A stretch of DNA of 64,000 nt, taken from Chitinophagaceae bacterium. GTDB lineage: Bacteria > Bacteroidota > Bacteroidia > Chitinophagales > Chitinophagaceae. The stretch is from the NCBI GenBank assembly GCA_032654705.1, contig JAULAZ010000003.1:2695571-2759570 (forward strand). Reading direction: 5' to 3'. Below the pieces are notes generated by a model. The model did not search any database. It had not been told where the DNA came from and worked only from the letters and a program-made list of their open reading frames with translations. The position numbers were made by a program, and so were the translations under genes. Numbering within the stretch: position 1 is the stretch's first letter; the number at the start of each line of letters is the position of its first letter. Below, one piece after another: positions 9,241 to 18,929 of the stretch.

Positions 9241-10140
9241 ATGCGTAAAATTATTTATATCATCAACCCCATTTCTGGCACCAGGACAAAAAAAGACCTG
9301 CAACAATTCATTGAAAAAAAAACAACAGAACAAAAATTAGCATATCAGGTATTTCCTTCTGTGGCCAGCGGCGATTATTCTTTTCTTCATTCCATCATCA
9401 AAGAACAAAAGATAACGGATGTGGTAATTGCCGGTGGCGATGGCACGGTGAGCCAGGTGGTAAGCAGCCTGATGCATTGCAATGTAAACTTTGGCATCAT
9501 TCCCTGCGGTTCAGGAAACGGTTTAGCCTTCGCTGCCAAAATTCCCAAACAACCGGCCAAAGCTTTGAAAATTATTTTCAGTGGTAAAGCAGTTGAAACA
9601 GACGGGTTTTACATCAACGATTATTTTGCCTGTATGCTTTGCGGGTTGGGGTTTGATGCAAAAGTGGCGCATGATTTTACCAATGAACCAAAAAGAGGTC
9701 TGCTCACCTATATAAAATTATCGTTGAAGAATTTTTTCTCTATGAAACCTCACCGCTTTCAAATACAGATGGAAGAGGTGAAATTTGAAACAAAAGCATT
9801 TTTTATCAGCATTGCCAACAGTAACCAGTTTGGCAACAATTTCACCATTGCTCCCAAAGCAAGTCTTTCAGACGGGTTGCTGGATATTGTAATTGCCTCC
9901 AGTAAAAATAAAATCAGTTTTATCTGGCATACATTAAAGCAACTGGCCGGGTGGAATAAATTACAGGCCTCCTCCTTCATAAAAGAAAAAACAGGTATCA
10001 TTTATTTTCAAACAGATCAATTAAATATTAGTAACCTGTCAAATGCCCCGCTTCATCTTGATGGCGAACCGGCCGAAGCTGTTACTGAATTGAAAATAAA
10101 AATTAAGAAAAAATGTTTCCGGCTATTGCAGCCTGTCTGA
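9241..10140 (+). CDS. Diacylglycerol/lipid kinase family protein (YegS/BmrU-like)
   Basis: 299 aa. It has the DAGK catalytic-domain motif VIAGGDGTVSQVV and the downstream GSGNGLA. Confidence 0.8.
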   Translation: MRKIIYIINPISGTRTKKDLQQFIEKKTTEQKLAYQVFPSVASGDYSFLHSIIKEQKITDVVIAGGDGTVSQVVSSLMHCNVNFGIIPCGSGNGLAFAAKIPKQPAKALKIIFSGKAVETDGFYINDYFACMLCGLGFDAKVAHDFTNEPKRGLLTYIKLSLKNFFSMKPHRFQIQMEEVKFETKAFFISIANSNQFGNNFTIAPKASLSDGLLDIVIASSKNKISFIWHTLKQLAGWNKLQASSFIKEKTGIIYFQTDQLNISNLSNAPLHLDGEPAEAVTELKIKIKKKCFRLLQPV

Positions 10141-10161
10141 CCTGCTAACAAAAAACTATTA

Positions 10162-12438
10162 CTACCATAACCATGGTCTCAGAATATTTCTCCTTGACGT
10201 GTCTGGCAAAACTTTTCTATTAAACAATTCCAGTAGCTGCTGAAAACTTTTCTGGTTAAGAACAGAGTTAATAGATGACATAATATCTTTTTCTTCCCGC
10301 CGGGTAAGATGAAAATTTAATGCTGCCTTATTCTGCTCATTACCGGTTGTATATTGAAAAGCAATTTTGTAAACCGACATAGCGCTGCGGGTGGCATAAT
10401 AGCTAAGCATATCGTTTTGAAAATATTCCATCATCTTAAACCAGTTGTGCTGCAGCAACAAAAAAGGTTTGGTGGCATGATCGGTGATGTCGTCTGACAC
10501 ATAAGGCATTTCCCATCCCCCGGCTTGCCGGTCCCTTATCTGGAGAATCAGCACGCCTCTTGTATTTTCTTTTATCCAATCTTCAAAGGATGATAAAAAA
10601 CGAAGAGTGGTCTCCTGCCCGAAGTTATCCCTCAACCCTGCATCCATTACATCTATTACCGGGTTGGATGGCAGCCATACATTCGGCAGCACAATGGGAA
10701 AAGTGGCATTCATCCTCAGTGCAGAAAGAATACGGATATTGTAAGGATCCTGCTTCGCAAAAAAAGAAACAAAATCCACTGCATCAGGATCCATGGAAGG
10801 GATGTTGGAAGAATCAGAATGCCCCTGCATCATAAACCTTACCGGCTGTGAACAGATAATCATCTTGCGGCTATCTCTTGTTACTACGGAATTAAAAAAC
10901 ATCAAGGGGATATTAGCCGCTTTCTCATCCGCTACATAATCTTTCAACTGTTTATCTAAAAGTCCTCTTGTGTTGTCGCCAAGTTTTTGTTCAAAAGCAT
11001 AGCCCCTGTCTTTTACGTAACTGTATGGACCTACATTAAATTTTTGCGCCGGGGAAATCAGGTCTCTGGCAAAAAAAGAAGTGAATAAAGGATTCAGCAG
11101 GTCGCCGGCAATATCATCCACATATTCTTTATCCTGCAGGCGGATATTTTTTCCTTCCTGCCTTTGTTTATATAATTCCCGGAAGTAGGCAGCGCCAATC
11201 ATGCCTCCTGATGCGCCATTGATCAGAAATATTTTTTTCAGGATGGTGCCTTTTGTCAGGCTATCCAATTGCTGCAATATGCTGAAAGTAAATGTAGCGC
11301 TCCGGTGCCCGCCACCGCTCGTATTAATCAGGACAAGTAAAGGTTTATCACTGTCTTGTTTTTTCTTCCATGCATTTAAAATACCAATCATGTTTTGCCG
11401 GTCAGCTTCCACATTTTCTTTACTGCACAGGGCCAGTAACCCCTCTTTGCTGTATGATGGTCTTTCGGGTTTATTCCAATAATTGAGACCATAAGCTTTA
11501 TTGCGGGGATCAATCCAATCCTGTTGGTAAAAAATATTGAGCAGCAGTACAAGGCCAATGAGATAAGGGATACTCCAACTCTGCAGGAAATAAGTAATGG
11601 CTCCCGCCACTCCAATTAATACTGAAAAGAAAATGGTAATGCTGGCTCCGGCAGGTAATTGAAAAAAAGTATTGTCTTGTAAAAAGCCGATAATTAACAG
11701 GAACAGGAAAGCAGCAAACACAGAAAGAATGGCGGCAAAATGATGCCGTTTAAAAATAGATACAATAAACTCATGAGTATAGTGCGATACGTTCCGGGTG
11801 GGGCGCAGCCGCCACGGAGAATCGAAATACCATTTCGCATTGATAAGCGGCTTATCGTGATATATTTCTTTTACGGTGCCGAAATGTGTAATATAAGATT
11901 TGGGGTCGCTGATTGTAGGCATCAATTGCCGCTGAATGCTACGATCGGCTCTGAAAAAATAGATAAGGGACACAGCCAGCATTAAAATCAATCCTATCAA
12001 AAAACCGCCAAACAAAAAAAGAATCTCAGTTGTTGGTATCAATTCTTTAGAGTGATCAAATTGATAGGCTTTATAAAAATAGAACAGCACAAATATTCCC
12101 GGGATGACAGAATTGTTGATGCAGTATTTTAAAAAAGGATTGGTAGTGGCAGATAAAAAACGAAAATGCCTGCTGAATAAAATGAAAGTGGAAATATTCC
12201 AGCTCATAATAAACATGCCGACAGCCACCCCAACAATAGCCGTGCTGAGTGAATTTACATTACCCAGATACTCAGGCGCAAGAAACAATGATTCTGCCCC
12301 AAATGTTTTCATAAATGTTCCGTTCACGGTGCTGAACAGGATAAACCAGAACAACAACAGCGCCTGGTATTTCCTGAAATGCAGGAACACTAACTGTATG
12401 GGGAAGGAATAATAAAATCCTTTCAGCCAGGTTTTCAT
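10162..12438 (-). CDS. Membrane-anchored patatin-like phospholipase
   Basis: 758 aa. The N-terminal ~330 aa is polytopic. It is followed by an oxyanion motif SGGGHRS, the nucleophile GASGG (GxSxG) and the catalytic Asp in MDAGLRDN. Confidence 0.75.
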   Translation of the reverse strand: MKTWLKGFYYSFPIQLVFLHFRKYQALLLFWFILFSTVNGTFMKTFGAESLFLAPEYLGNVNSLSTAIVGVAVGMFIMSWNISTFILFSRHFRFLSATTNPFLKYCINNSVIPGIFVLFYFYKAYQFDHSKELIPTTEILFLFGGFLIGLILMLAVSLIYFFRADRSIQRQLMPTISDPKSYITHFGTVKEIYHDKPLINAKWYFDSPWRLRPTRNVSHYTHEFIVSIFKRHHFAAILSVFAAFLFLLIIGFLQDNTFFQLPAGASITIFFSVLIGVAGAITYFLQSWSIPYLIGLVLLLNIFYQQDWIDPRNKAYGLNYWNKPERPSYSKEGLLALCSKENVEADRQNMIGILNAWKKKQDSDKPLLVLINTSGGGHRSATFTFSILQQLDSLTKGTILKKIFLINGASGGMIGAAYFRELYKQRQEGKNIRLQDKEYVDDIAGDLLNPLFTSFFARDLISPAQKFNVGPYSYVKDRGYAFEQKLGDNTRGLLDKQLKDYVADEKAANIPLMFFNSVVTRDSRKMIICSQPVRFMMQGHSDSSNIPSMDPDAVDFVSFFAKQDPYNIRILSALRMNATFPIVLPNVWLPSNPVIDVMDAGLRDNFGQETTLRFLSSFEDWIKENTRGVLILQIRDRQAGGWEMPYVSDDITDHATKPFLLLQHNWFKMMEYFQNDMLSYYATRSAMSVYKIAFQYTTGNEQNKAALNFHLTRREEKDIMSSINSVLNQKSFQQLLELFNRKVLPDTSRRNILRPWLW

Positions 12439-12502
12439 GAATGAAGAAAATGATTACAACTAAAAATACTGATAAATGACTGGTTGGTCAAATGAACATA
12501 TT

Positions 12503-13579
12503 CTAACAGACGGTAACGGGTTTACTTCGAACAATATAAAACACCCATATTAATGAAATGAGCAACAACATAGCTACAAACTGGTGAGCCACTGCCAGCC
12601 AGAGAAAGTAATGCTGATCAGTAACATTTAAAACGGTAAGAACACCCAGCAACACCTGCAACAGCACAATCAGCAATGGCACTGTTTTTGTTTTTTGAAA
12701 AAATTTTGTTCCCTGCATTTTATTGGCTTTCCAAAACCAAATAAACACAAGAACAGAAATAATATAAGCAAGATTGCGGTGTATAAAATGAACAACCAAC
12801 GGATGATCAGTTAAAAATGAAAGTCCAGGAAAATTTCTGTCGCCAAATGAATGAAAGTTACCAGGGAACCAAACCCCATTCATCGTAGGCCAGGTAGGAG
12901 CATAAGGTGCGGCTTTCAACCCGGCCATAAAGGCGCCATAAATAAGTTGAATGACCAGCAGTACAATCAGCCAGCCGGTAAATTTTCGCAGCGGTTTATT
13001 TACAGTAATCTGTTCTGCGGGTATTAACAGCTCAAAGGCAAACCACAATGCATAACATAAAAGTATCAATGCAAGAATAAAATGTATGGCCAGTTTGTAA
13101 TGACTTACATATACCAGTTCCGAATCTTCCAACCCGCTTTGCACCATGATCCAGCCAATCAATCCCTGCAATGCTCCCAACAGAAAAAGAATCAGCATAG
13201 GCTTTACCATATCTTTCTTAAACCTGTTCTGAATAATAAAAATGATAAACGGGATAGCAAAGGCAACAGCAATCAGCCGGGCCCAAAGCCGGTGAAACCA
13301 TTCCCAGAAAAAAATAGATTTAAAATCAGCAAGAGTGAAAAACGGATTCACATATTTGAACTGGGCAATCTGTTTGTACTTTTCAAATGCAATATTCCAG
13401 TCCTGGTCATTCATAGGGGGTAATGTTCCCATAATAGGTTTCCATTCTGTGATAGAAAGACCCGATCCGGTTAATCTTGTGATGCCGCCCAGCAAAACCT
13501 GAATGATGATCATTCCCACACCCACCAGCAGCCAGATGGCCACGGGACGGGAAGGACGCCTCAAAAGTGAGATTTTCAT
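12503..13579 (-). CDS. ctaA: Heme A synthase (COX15/CtaA family)
   Basis: Polytopic protein with conserved His-containing helices (WFHRLWARL, HFIHRNLAY, VAHQF). I chose the ATG at 13579; the track ORF extends to 13630. Confidence 0.75.
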   Translation of the reverse strand: MKISLLRRPSRPVAIWLLVGVGMIIIQVLLGGITRLTGSGLSITEWKPIMGTLPPMNDQDWNIAFEKYKQIAQFKYVNPFFTLADFKSIFFWEWFHRLWARLIAVAFAIPFIIFIIQNRFKKDMVKPMLILFLLGALQGLIGWIMVQSGLEDSELVYVSHYKLAIHFILALILLCYALWFAFELLIPAEQITVNKPLRKFTGWLIVLLVIQLIYGAFMAGLKAAPYAPTWPTMNGVWFPGNFHSFGDRNFPGLSFLTDHPLVVHFIHRNLAYIISVLVFIWFWKANKMQGTKFFQKTKTVPLLIVLLQVLLGVLTVLNVTDQHYFLWLAVAHQFVAMLLLISLIWVFYIVRSKPVTVC

Positions 13580-13716
13580 ACGAACGCAAAGGTAAGCTGC
13601 CTTGTCTTTTGAATTTTTATTGTTGAACAAACAAAAAAAATTGAAGAAATTATTTTTTTTCGTAGCTTATCGGCCTTTTTGTAGAAACAAAATTTCATAA
13701 CTTAAACCCGATTGTT

Positions 13717-14415
13717 ATGTCAACCAACGATCTCAAATCAACAACTGACCGCCGCCGCTTTCTTGCAACACTGGCCACTGGCGCTGCCGCAGTCAGCCTT
13801 TCAACAATTCCTTCGGTAAATCTTAATGCCGAAGATCATTTTACTTCCGCCACCGATGACGACCCTGATGCATGGTTTAAAAAAATTAAAGGGAAACACC
13901 GGATTATATTTGATGCGACAAGACCACATGATATGCTGCCCTTTGCCTGGCCAAGAGTTTTCCTTATGACAAATGCCGGGACCGGCACCCCCGAAAAAGA
14001 TTGTGGTGTGGTCGTGGTCCTTCGGCATGATGCGATACCTTATGCTTTTGAGAGCAGGTTGTGGGAGAAATATAATTTTGGCGGAATGTTCGAAGCCGAA
14101 GATCCAAAAACGAAACAGCCTTCTATCAGGAATCCATTCTGGAAGCCGGAAAAAGGAGATTTTAAAGTGCCCGGTATCGGGGAAGTACAGATCGGTATTA
14201 ATGAACTACAGGCAAGCGGTGTTATGTTTTGCGTTTGCAATGCGGCCATGACAGTATATAGTGCCGTCGCGGCAGATAAGATGAAAATGGAAGCGGCTGA
14301 TGTAATGAAAGATTGGAAATCCGGGTTATTGCCGGGTATCCAGATTGTGCCATCAGGCGTTTGGGCTGTAGGCCGAGCGCAGGAATATGGATGCAAATAC
14401 TGCTTTGCAGGTTAA
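13717..14415 (+). CDS. Tat-signal periplasmic protein, function unknown (possibly DsrE-like fold)
   Basis: 232 aa with a twin-arginine leader, TDRRRFLATLATGAAAVSL. The DsrE-like guess is weak and rests only on recollection. Confidence 0.55.
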   Translation: MSTNDLKSTTDRRRFLATLATGAAAVSLSTIPSVNLNAEDHFTSATDDDPDAWFKKIKGKHRIIFDATRPHDMLPFAWPRVFLMTNAGTGTPEKDCGVVVVLRHDAIPYAFESRLWEKYNFGGMFEAEDPKTKQPSIRNPFWKPEKGDFKVPGIGEVQIGINELQASGVMFCVCNAAMTVYSAVAADKMKMEAADVMKDWKSGLLPGIQIVPSGVWAVGRAQEYGCKYCFAG

Positions 14416-14435
14416 ATTTAAATTGTACCCATAAT

Positions 14436-14467
14436 AAAAAATGCCCCGGTTCAACGAGGCATTTTTT
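14436..14467. terminator. Bidirectional hairpin between convergent genes
   Basis: aaaaaatgcc...ggcatttttt arms flank a short loop. The structure has an A-tract on one side and a T-tract on the other, and it overlaps the stop of the minus-strand gene. Confidence 0.4.
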
Positions 14468-15455
14468 ATTTTATTCCTTGTTTTGTTTTTTCAATTGCTT
14501 CTTTTATTGGTATAAATGGCCCGTATTTATGTTGCTGCTCAGAAAAGTGATCGGCGTAAGGACCAAAAGGATAATCAGGCGGTTTTGTTTCCAGTTTCGG
14601 CCAATCCTCCGGAAATTTTTTTTCCGGTCTCGATTTTGAAATGATTAAGGCAGCAACATCCCAAGCTTCTTCATCGGTCAATCGGGGTGATGATTGGGCC
14701 AGGTCAAAGGGCATATTGTGTTTAATGAACCCCGCCAGCCTTGAAAGACGATAAAGGCCCGCACTTATATTAAAACTCTGCGGCCCCCAGAGTGGTGGAT
14801 ACCTGTATGTTGCTGAGTCTTCATAAAAAATTCCTTCTCCATTACTGCCATGACAACGCCGACAGTTATTTTCATAAATAATTTTCCCCTGTTGCGGGTC
14901 AGCCGCCCTGCTCAAATAAGACATTTCAACTATTCCTGACCCGGGTGGTTTTGTTTTTGATGGCACCTCTTTTCCAATCCATTTAAAATAAGCTACAATG
15001 GCTCTCATTTCTTTGCTTAGACTGTCAATGCCTTTCCCATTGAGGCTTCTTTCCATACAATCATTAACCCTGAATTCAATGGATTCAACCGTACCACTTC
15101 TGTCTCTGTATTTTGGATAATTGGCCGCCACTGCGGAAAAATTGTTCCCAAATGATTTTGTACCTGCCCATAAATGACAGTTCTGACAATTCATTCCATT
15201 GGTAAGTGCTGCAATAGTTCCTTTTGGCCCAAAGTAAGTTGCTGTATTTACAATTAATTCCCTCCCATAACGGATCATTTCACCATCCGGAGTATGCGGG
15301 ACCAGGTTAATGTCGGGTGCATTCCACATTTCATCATTATTGTTGTTCACCTGCTTTTCATTGCCATGGGAATTAGAAACGGTATCAGCTAAGAAAGCGA
15401 CGAAGAAAATAATTCCAAGTAAAACAGGAAACCATGATGAATGGAATGATTTCAT
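14466..15455 (-). CDS. Diheme c-type cytochrome, TsdA/SoxA-like (tentative thiosulfate dehydrogenase family)
   Basis: 329 aa with a signal anchor and two CxxCH motifs (CQNCH, CRRCH). A conserved-looking RVNDCMERSLNG segment between the hemes resembles the Cys-ligand region of TsdA/SoxA as I recall it. Confidence 0.6.
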   Translation of the reverse strand: MKSFHSSWFPVLLGIIFFVAFLADTVSNSHGNEKQVNNNNDEMWNAPDINLVPHTPDGEMIRYGRELIVNTATYFGPKGTIAALTNGMNCQNCHLWAGTKSFGNNFSAVAANYPKYRDRSGTVESIEFRVNDCMERSLNGKGIDSLSKEMRAIVAYFKWIGKEVPSKTKPPGSGIVEMSYLSRAADPQQGKIIYENNCRRCHGSNGEGIFYEDSATYRYPPLWGPQSFNISAGLYRLSRLAGFIKHNMPFDLAQSSPRLTDEEAWDVAALIISKSRPEKKFPEDWPKLETKPPDYPFGPYADHFSEQQHKYGPFIPIKEAIEKTKQGIK

Positions 15456-15572
15456 AATTGGTTATTTGTTTCTTACCCTTTGCTAAACGACGAATTTACT
15501 GAATTCGCTTGTTTGTTGCTAATGAAAAAATAGTCTGCCACGTTAAAGCTTATTTTTGAAAAAAAATACAGC

Positions 15573-16169
15573 TTGCTGAAACCCTTTTACCAAACAGCAT
15601 TAATAGAAGCCGGATGTGATGAAGCAGGACGGGGTTGTTTTGCCGGACCCGTTTTTGCTGCGGCTGTTATTTTACCTGAAAAATTTTTTCATCCCTTACT
15701 CAACGATTCCAAACAGGTTTCTCCCAAAAACCGCAATGAATTAAGAGCCGTTATTGAATCGGAAGCTATTGCCTGGTCAGTAGCCAGTATAGATAATAAT
15801 GAGATTGATCTCATTAATATTCTTAAAGCTTCTTTCAAAGCCATGCACGCAGCGTTAGATAAATTAAAAATAAAACCCCAATTGCTGCTGATTGATGGTA
15901 ACCGGTTTGCCCGGTATAAAAAGATTCCGCACCATTGTATAGTAAAAGGCGATGAAATCTATACTTCTATTGCTGCGGCCAGCATCCTTGCTAAAACGCA
16001 CCGGGATGAATATATGCAACGCCTGCATAAAGAATTTCCCCAATATTCCTGGCATAAAAACAAAGGATATGGCACTGCGGAACATCGCCGTTCTATTGAG
16101 CAATTTGGTCTCTGCAAATACCATCGAAGGAGTTTTCGGTTATTACCGTGGCAGGCTGATTTGTTCTGA
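15573..16169 (+). CDS. rnhB: Ribonuclease HII
   Basis: 198 aa with [14 protein letters not shown] (the DEAGRG catalytic motif) and DSK. The start is TTG; no in-frame ATG lies nearby. Confidence 0.9.
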   Translation: MLKPFYQTALIEAGCDEAGRGCFAGPVFAAAVILPEKFFHPLLNDSKQVSPKNRNELRAVIESEAIAWSVASIDNNEIDLINILKASFKAMHAALDKLKIKPQLLLIDGNRFARYKKIPHHCIVKGDEIYTSIAAASILAKTHRDEYMQRLHKEFPQYSWHKNKGYGTAEHRRSIEQFGLCKYHRRSFRLLPWQADLF

Positions 16170-16285
16170 CCTGATATCACTTCATCAACGCTCCATATTA
16201 TTCAGGAAAATTCAACCTGTTGATTAAACCCCGCGGCGCCTGCCCCGTCTTAAACCCAAACAATTTTGAAACAACAACACTGATC

Positions 16286-16579
16286 ATGAAAAAGATTCTG
16301 TTATTCAGCTTTATGTTTGTATTCATATCAGCAACAGCCTCTGCACAAATACGACACCGGGAAGCTTTTCCCAATTTCAGATCCAATAGCAATCAGCTAA
16401 CATGGAATGAAAAAAAGGAGATTCGCAGAGATGCGGTACGCAACCACATGATAAAACGCAGGGCTTTAAGAGATGGTATAGTAACACCCATAGAAAGAAG
16501 AAAGATTCACCAGTCCAAATGCGATACACGTCGTGACCTGTTTCGTTTCAGGCATAATAGTCGTCGCATGATAATTTAG
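16286..16579 (+). CDS. Small basic secreted protein (hypothetical)
   Basis: I used the internal ATG, which gives the signal peptide MKKILLFSFMFVFISATASAQ. The mature part is very Arg/Lys rich. Confidence 0.45.
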   Translation: MKKILLFSFMFVFISATASAQIRHREAFPNFRSNSNQLTWNEKKEIRRDAVRNHMIKRRALRDGIVTPIERRKIHQSKCDTRRDLFRFRHNSRRMII

Positions 16580-16666
16580 TCCCCTTCTGCAAGCCACCAT
16601 ATGTACAACTACATCCTGTCAGTAACGGGGATATGTTGTACACGGCATGAATCTGTGATGGAATGT

Positions 16667-16697
16667 AAAAACGCCGCTTTTTAAGCGGCGTTTTTTT
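16667..16697. terminator. Bidirectional rho-independent terminator
   Basis: aaaaacgccgc-tttttaa-gcggcgttttttt. It has a perfect GC-rich stem flanked by an A-run and a T-run, and it lies between convergent genes. Confidence 0.65.
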
Positions 16698-16729
16698 GCC
16701 TTCATAAAAAAGAATTGAGTATAGTTTTA

Positions 16730-17758
16730 TTAAGCAATCGTCCAAACTTCACTACCCCGCAGCAGTTTATCAAGATCTGCCGGTTTTTTTGCTTTAGCCA
16801 GTTCTATTTGTGCCGTCATTTCATTCTCGTAGCAAGGCCGGTCAGTTTGATAAAATACACCAAAGGGTCTTGGCAGGTGGCCTTCAATTTTGGGGTCGTC
16901 AAATATGCGGGTTAATATCTGGGCTTTGTAAATATCCGCTTCATCATGTATCCATAAGTCATCGGCGCTATGTCCTTCATTAAGGTTTACCACAACTGGT
17001 TTGAATCCGTCCAGTTTTATTCCTTTATCAGCAGCAGCGCCAAAAATCAATGGCTTACCTTGTTGCAGAAACAAGGTTTCCTGTGCTTTTGAACTTTTTT
17101 CAGTAAAAATTTCAAAGGCTCCATCATTAAATATGTTGCAATTCTGGTAGATTTCAAGGAATGACGTCCCTTTATGCCCATTTGCTCTCAATAACATCGC
17201 CTGCATGTGTTTTGGATCCCTGTCCATGCTTCGTGCTACAAATGTTGAATCGGCCCCCAGTGCCAATGCCAATGGATTAAAAGGATGGTCAATACTTCCC
17301 ATCGGAGTTGACTTGGTTACTTTATGTTCTTCTGAAGTGGGAGAATATTGTCCTTTCGTCAGTCCATATATCTGGTTATTGAACAAAAGAACGTTAACAT
17401 CAAAATTTCTGCGTAGTAAATGAATGGTATGATTTCCACCAATACTTAGTCCATCGCCATCACCAGTTACAATCCATACACTTAATTCCGGTCTCGAAGC
17501 TTTCAGACCAGAGGCAACGGCTGCCGCACGGCCATGGATCGAGTGCATACCATAAGTGTTCATATAATACGGAAACCGGCTGCTGCAACCAATACCCGAT
17601 ACAATTACAACATTTTCCCGGGGAATCCCCAGCGTAGGCAATACTTTCTGCACCTGGGCAAGAATAGAATAGTCGCCGCATCCGGGGCACCAGCGAACTT
17701 CCTGGTCAGTGGCAAAATCTTTGGCGGATAAAGCAGCGGCTGTTATTGTTTCACTCAT
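16730..17758 (-). CDS. korB: 2-oxoacid (2-oxoglutarate):ferredoxin oxidoreductase beta subunit
   Basis: 342 aa with WCPGCGDYSIL (the Cys motif) and the TPP-binding GDGDGLSIGGNH. Confidence 0.9.
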   Translation of the reverse strand: MSETITAAALSAKDFATDQEVRWCPGCGDYSILAQVQKVLPTLGIPRENVVIVSGIGCSSRFPYYMNTYGMHSIHGRAAAVASGLKASRPELSVWIVTGDGDGLSIGGNHTIHLLRRNFDVNVLLFNNQIYGLTKGQYSPTSEEHKVTKSTPMGSIDHPFNPLALALGADSTFVARSMDRDPKHMQAMLLRANGHKGTSFLEIYQNCNIFNDGAFEIFTEKSSKAQETLFLQQGKPLIFGAAADKGIKLDGFKPVVVNLNEGHSADDLWIHDEADIYKAQILTRIFDDPKIEGHLPRPFGVFYQTDRPCYENEMTAQIELAKAKKPADLDKLLRGSEVWTIA

Positions 17759-18176
17759 ATAATATCAATTCGCTGCAAATTTACAGATTAGTTGCATTCA
17801 ATTCTTCCAAATACTCAACAACCCTTGCGGTATTTCGTAATGAGTATTTTTTATTTCCTAAGCAGATCATTGCTGCAAACCGGTCAACTATTAGCTAAAT
17901 AATGGAAATTGATACGGCCGTCTTAAGTAAACTTTGATTGGGTTATCTCAGGAAATGATTATTCATATCAATCGTATGATCACAATAAGTGAGATGGCAT
18001 AAAAACCCTCTGTTTATATTCCCGTATTATTACTTAATAAGAGCATGGTTTTACTGAATTTGGGTATAAACTCTTAGGTTTAAGCACTATGCATAAGTAT
18101 CATCCGTTAATAATGCAGAAGATTCCGTAAACAGACGTTGTCTTATTTTGAACCTTTTCTTGAAAATAAATAACAT

Positions 18177-18929
18177 ATGACCTGGAATTCTATCATGGGC
18201 TTTATTTCATCTCTTGCTCTTTTTTCACCCATATTTTTCATCCTGATTTTCAGACTGGGTACCTACAGAAGTTTCCCAATCCTTCTTACCTACTATGCTT
18301 TAGCTTTTATATACAACCTGATGACGGAGGGCTATATCAAAACCAACTTCAATGTGATGCACAACTTTGGAATAGTCCATAATTTTCTGGATGTACCCCT
18401 GATGTTGATTTTTCTTACTTATTTCAGCACATCTGCAAAATTCACCAGGCAGTTAAAAATGATGGCAATTTTATTCATTGTTTTTGATATAGCAGTAATT
18501 CTGCTGCGTGGGTTCAATATTGCTGCAATAACAATTGTATTAGGCCCGGGGATTTTCATGGTCTTCTCACTTTGTGTATACTTATTTTTCCACCAGTCAA
18601 AGATTACAGTGATGCACAGAAAAGCTACTGGCAAAACCCTGATTGCGGCCGCACTTGTTTTTGCCTACGGTAGCTATGGAATTATTTATACAATGTTCTA
18701 TCTTATTAAAACACCCTATAAAGCCGACACATTTCTCGTCTATTTTCTTGTCAGCACCTTTTCTTCAATCGTATTATGTACAGGAATCTTTTTTGAAAGA
18801 AAAAGGATTCAACGATTACATGAATTAAAATTAGCCCGCAAAGAACTGGCAGCTATTTATAAAGACACAAATAAAATTTCCTCCTTCAGGCCAGCCATGC
18901 TTGATTTTGATAAGGAAACCTGGGATTAA
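18177..18929 (+). CDS. Polytopic membrane protein (hypothetical)
   Basis: 250 aa with about 6-7 hydrophobic helices followed by a charged C-terminal tail. No motif was recognised. Its end overlaps the acyl-CoA dehydrogenase stop by 4 nt. Confidence 0.5.
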   Translation: MTWNSIMGFISSLALFSPIFFILIFRLGTYRSFPILLTYYALAFIYNLMTEGYIKTNFNVMHNFGIVHNFLDVPLMLIFLTYFSTSAKFTRQLKMMAILFIVFDIAVILLRGFNIAAITIVLGPGIFMVFSLCVYLFFHQSKITVMHRKATGKTLIAAALVFAYGSYGIIYTMFYLIKTPYKADTFLVYFLVSTFSSIVLCTGIFFERKRIQRLHELKLARKELAAIYKDTNKISSFRPAMLDFDKETWD

